A stretch of DNA of 64,000 nt, from positions 27,218,001-27,282,000 of the forward strand of contig NC_082731.1 of the NCBI RefSeq assembly GCF_030144855.1, written 5' to 3'. Position numbers and translations under genes: made by a program. Each line of letters begins with the position of its first letter. Position 1 is the stretch's first letter. The stretch is from Hypanus sabinus (taxonomy: Eukaryota). Below the pieces are notes generated by a model, which worked only from the letters and a program-made list of their open reading frames with translations, was not told the DNA's origin and searched no databases. Positions 61,305-64,000 of this stretch are shown piece by piece.

Positions 61305-64000
61305 TGTAGCGGTGAGCTACACGCAGCGCTAAAATTACGACACGGAGTCGGTAACGGCAGTCGAAGGAAAAAACTTTATTCGAAATCCTCAGCCTCACTT
61401 TTAAGCCTCCCTCAACCTGCCCCCCGTGGCGCAGAGGCTCCATAGCTCTGTGCTCGCAAACCCCCGTAGGCTATCTAATTGTGAACCGGTTCGGATGTGC
61501 CAGGAAATGGGTCGCCACATAACCCCCCCCCCCCCAGAACCGGCGATACACCCCTCAATATTCACAGTCTGGGCCAGAACCTGCTTGGGAGGTCGGCCTC
61601 TGCGCCGAGGTGTCGGAAACTCGGCCGGTTGCGCCAGGTCCACATGGGCCGGTTTGAGGCGGTCCACCGTGAAAACCTCCTCTTTCCCCCCCCCCCCCCC
61701 CCCCAACGTCCAGCACGAACGTGGACCCGTTGTTCCGGAGCACCATAAACGGCCCCTCGTATGGCCGCTGCAGCGGTGGCCGATGCCCGCCCCTTCGTAC
61801 AAACACAAACTTACAGTTCTGCAGGTCTTTGGGTACGCAGGTCGGGTTCCGCCCGTGCTGTGAAGAGGGTATGGGGGCCAGGTTACCGAGCTTCTCACGT
61901 AGTCTGCCCAGGACTGCTGCGGGATCTTCCTCTTGCCCCCGTGGGGCTGGTAGGAACACCCCGGGGACGACCAGGGGCGCGCCGTATACCAACTCGGCCG
62001 ACGAGGCGAGCAGGTCGTCCTTGGGCGCTGTGCGGATGCCGAGTAGGACCCAGGGAAGCTCGTCCGCCCAGTTGGCTCCTCGCAGGCGGGCCATGAGGGC
62101 CGACTTCAGGTGACGGTGGAAACGCTCCACTAGCCCGTTCGACTGTGGGTGGTAGGCAGTTGTGTGGTGCAGCTGAGTACCCAAAAGGCTGGCCATAGCT
62201 GACCACAGGCTGGAGGTGAACTGGGCGCCTCTTTCGGAGGTAATGTGGGCTGGTACACCAAAGCGAGATATCCAGGTGGCGATCAGGGCTCGGGCGCAAG
62301 ATTCGGAGGTGGTGTCGGTGAGCGGGACCGCCTCTGGCCATCTTGTGAACCGGTTCACGATAGTCAGGAGGTGCCGCGCTCCGCGCGACACTGGCAGGGG
62401 GCCCACGATATCCACATGAATGTGGTCGAAACGCCGGTGGGTGGGATGGAACTGCTGCGGTGGGGCTTTGGTGTGCCGCTGAACCTTGGCCGTCTGGCAG
62501 TGCATGCACGTTTTGGCCCATTCACTGACCTGTTTACGGAGTCCGTGCCAAACGAACCTACTGGAAATGGGATGCGCCAAGTTATGAATGGAGTCTAAAA
62601 CACGGCGCTGCCAGGCTGTCGGGACGACGGGACGGGGCTGGCCGGTGGCGACGTCACAGAGTAGGGTCCTCTCACCTGGGCCGACGGGGAGGTCCTGGAG
62701 CCGGAAACCGGAGACTGTGGTTCTGTAACTCGGAATCTCCACATCCGCCTGCTGCGCCTCTGCCAGTGCCTCAAAGTTTACCCCTTGGGAAAGGGCATGA
62801 ACGGTAGGGCGAGAGAGCGCATCCGCCACGACATTGTCCTTAACCGAGACGTGCCGGACATCCGTCGTGTATTCAGAGATGTAAGACAGGTGGCGTTGCT
62901 GGCGGGACGACCAGGGGTCGGACGCTTTCGTAAACGCAAAGGTAAGCGGTTTGTGGTCCGTGAACGCGGTGAAGGGCCGACCTTCTAGGAAGTACCTGAA
63001 ATGCCGGATTGCCAGGTAGAGCGCCAACAGTTCCTGGTCGAAAGCACTGTACTTGAGCTCGGGTGGCCGCAGGTGTTTGCTGAAAAACGCCAGGGGTTGC
63101 CAGCGACTTGCGATGAGTTGCTCCAGCACCCCACCGACTGCCGTGTTAGATGCATCCACTGTGAGGGCGGTAGGGGCGTCCATTCTGGGATGTACTAGCA
63201 TTGCGGCGTTCGCCAAAGCTTCCTTCGTTTGAACGAAAGCGGCGGCGGACTCCTCGTCCCAGGTAATGTCCTTGCTCGGACCCGACATCAGGGCGAACAG
63301 GGGGCGCATGATCCGGGCAGCTGAAGGGAGGAAGCGGTGGTAGAAATTGACCATACCTACGAATTCCTGAAGGCCTTTCATCGTGGTGGGTCGGGGAAGG
63401 TGACGGACCGCATCTACCTTAGCGGGCAGAGGGGTTGCCCCGTCTTTAGTAATCCTGTGGCCCAGGAAGTCAATGGTATCGAGTCCGAACTGGCATTTGG
63501 CGGGGTTGATTGTAAGACCGTACTCACTCAGTCGGGCGCAGAGTTGACGGAGGTGGGACAGATGCTCCTGACGACTGCTGCTGGCTATGAGGATGTCCTC
63601 CAAAAAGATGAACGCGAAGTCCAGGTCCCGTCCCACCGCGTCCATTAACCGCTGGAACGTCTGTGCGGCATTCTTCAGGCCGAACGGCATGCGGAGGAAC
63701 TCGAAAAGGCCAAACAGGGTGATAAGAGCCGTTTTGGGGACGTCGTCAGGATGCATCGGGATTTGATGGTACCCTCGGACGAGGTCTACCTTGGAGAAGA
63801 TCCGTGCGCCGTGCAGGTTTGCTGCAAAGTCCTGAATGTGCGGCACAGGGAAGCGGTCCGGTGTGGTAGCCTCGTTCAGCCTGCGGTAGTCGCCGCACGG
63901 TCTTCAGCCTCCCGTCGCTTTGGGCACCATGTGCAGGGGGGAGGCCCAAGGGCTGTCGGACCGCCGGATGATCCCCAATTCCTCCATCCTCTGGAACTCC
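61305..64000 (-). mobile_element. Young Ty3/gypsy LTR retrotransposon, 3' part (continues past the window edge)
   Basis: 3' LTR 61305-61519 (TG...CA), G-rich PPT at ~61520-61535 on the minus strand, GC/CpG-rich pol. Confidence 0.95.
61555..63846 (-). CDS. pol: Ty3/gypsy Pol (RT, RNase H, integrase), long open frame but probably defective
   Basis: 763 aa: FSKVDLVRGYHQIP, MPFGLKNA, FLED in place of YLDD, LTVDASNTAVGGVL, IHVDIVGP, YHPQSNGLVERFH; upstream in-frame TGA at ~63905; frameshift at the C/G homopolymer ~61690. Confidence 0.9.
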   Translation of the reverse strand: MPHIQDFAANLHGARIFSKVDLVRGYHQIPMHPDDVPKTALITLFGLFEFLRMPFGLKNAAQTFQRLMDAVGRDLDFAFIFLEDILIASSSRQEHLSHLRQLCARLSEYGLTINPAKCQFGLDTIDFLGHRITKDGATPLPAKVDAVRHLPRPTTMKGLQEFVGMVNFYHRFLPSAARIMRPLFALMSGPSKDITWDEESAAAFVQTKEALANAAMLVHPRMDAPTALTVDASNTAVGGVLEQLIASRWQPLAFFSKHLRPPELKYSAFDQELLALYLAIRHFRYFLEGRPFTAFTDHKPLTFAFTKASDPWSSRQQRHLSYISEYTTDVRHVSVKDNVVADALSRPTVHALSQGVNFEALAEAQQADVEIPSYRTTVSGFRLQDLPVGPGERTLLCDVATGQPRPVVPTAWQRRVLDSIHNLAHPISSRFVWHGLRKQVSEWAKTCMHCQTAKVQRHTKAPPQQFHPTHRRFDHIHVDIVGPLPVSRGARHLLTIVNRFTRWPEAVPLTDTTSESCARALIATWISRFGVPAHITSERGAQFTSSLWSAMASLLGTQLHHTTAYHPQSNGLVERFHRHLKSALMARLRGANWADELPWVLLGIRTAPKDDLLASSAELVYGAPLVVPGVFLPAPRGQEEDPAAVLGRLREKLGNLAPIPSSQHGRNPTCVPKDLQNCKFVFVRRGGHRPPLQRPYEGPFMVLRNNGSTFVLDVGGGGGGERGGFHGGPPQTGPCGPGATGRVSDTSAQRPTSQAGSGPDCEY

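Noticed and set aside
61401-63648. Multiple 100-200 aa ORFs overlapping gypsy pol on either strand
   Set aside because: Expected shadow ORFs of GC-rich coding DNA; only 61401-61898 carries real content, the frameshifted integrase tail.
1-64000. CRISPR arrays, rRNA/tRNA genes, operons or prokaryotic defence systems
   Set aside because: None seen; the sequence is vertebrate. The only tRNA-related signal is the LTR primer-binding site.

Overview
Eukaryotic, transposon-dense genomic DNA, very likely from a cartilaginous fish (probably a ray). This is inferred from the IgW/IgNAR-type constant exons and the repeat complement; there is no prokaryotic content and no intact host protein-coding gene that I can recognise. 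Most of the window is decayed retroelements: three L1-type LINE blocks, many CR1, RTE, Rex1/Babar and Penelope fragments, a class I (epsilon-like) endogenous retrovirus with an env TM remnant, a Gmr1-like LTR element (integrase before RT), a chromodomain Ty3/gypsy with a nested L1, a young near-intact Ty3/gypsy running off the right edge, solo LTRs and two hAT relics. The non-TE core (about 4.8-11.7 kb and 22.4-37.6 kb) is a duplicated, inverted and partly deleted immunoglobulin heavy-chain pseudo-locus. It holds orphan constant-domain exons (5485-5796 minus; 33343-33647 and 34499-34680 plus) with no V, D, J or convincing RSS. Around them are seven copies of an unidentified ~220-bp exon-like repeat, arranged in inverted arms, and a CpG-island promoter-like region at ~24.7-25.4 kb. 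Most coordinates of decayed elements are approximate, read by eye, and family calls rest on recalled motifs rather than database searches.
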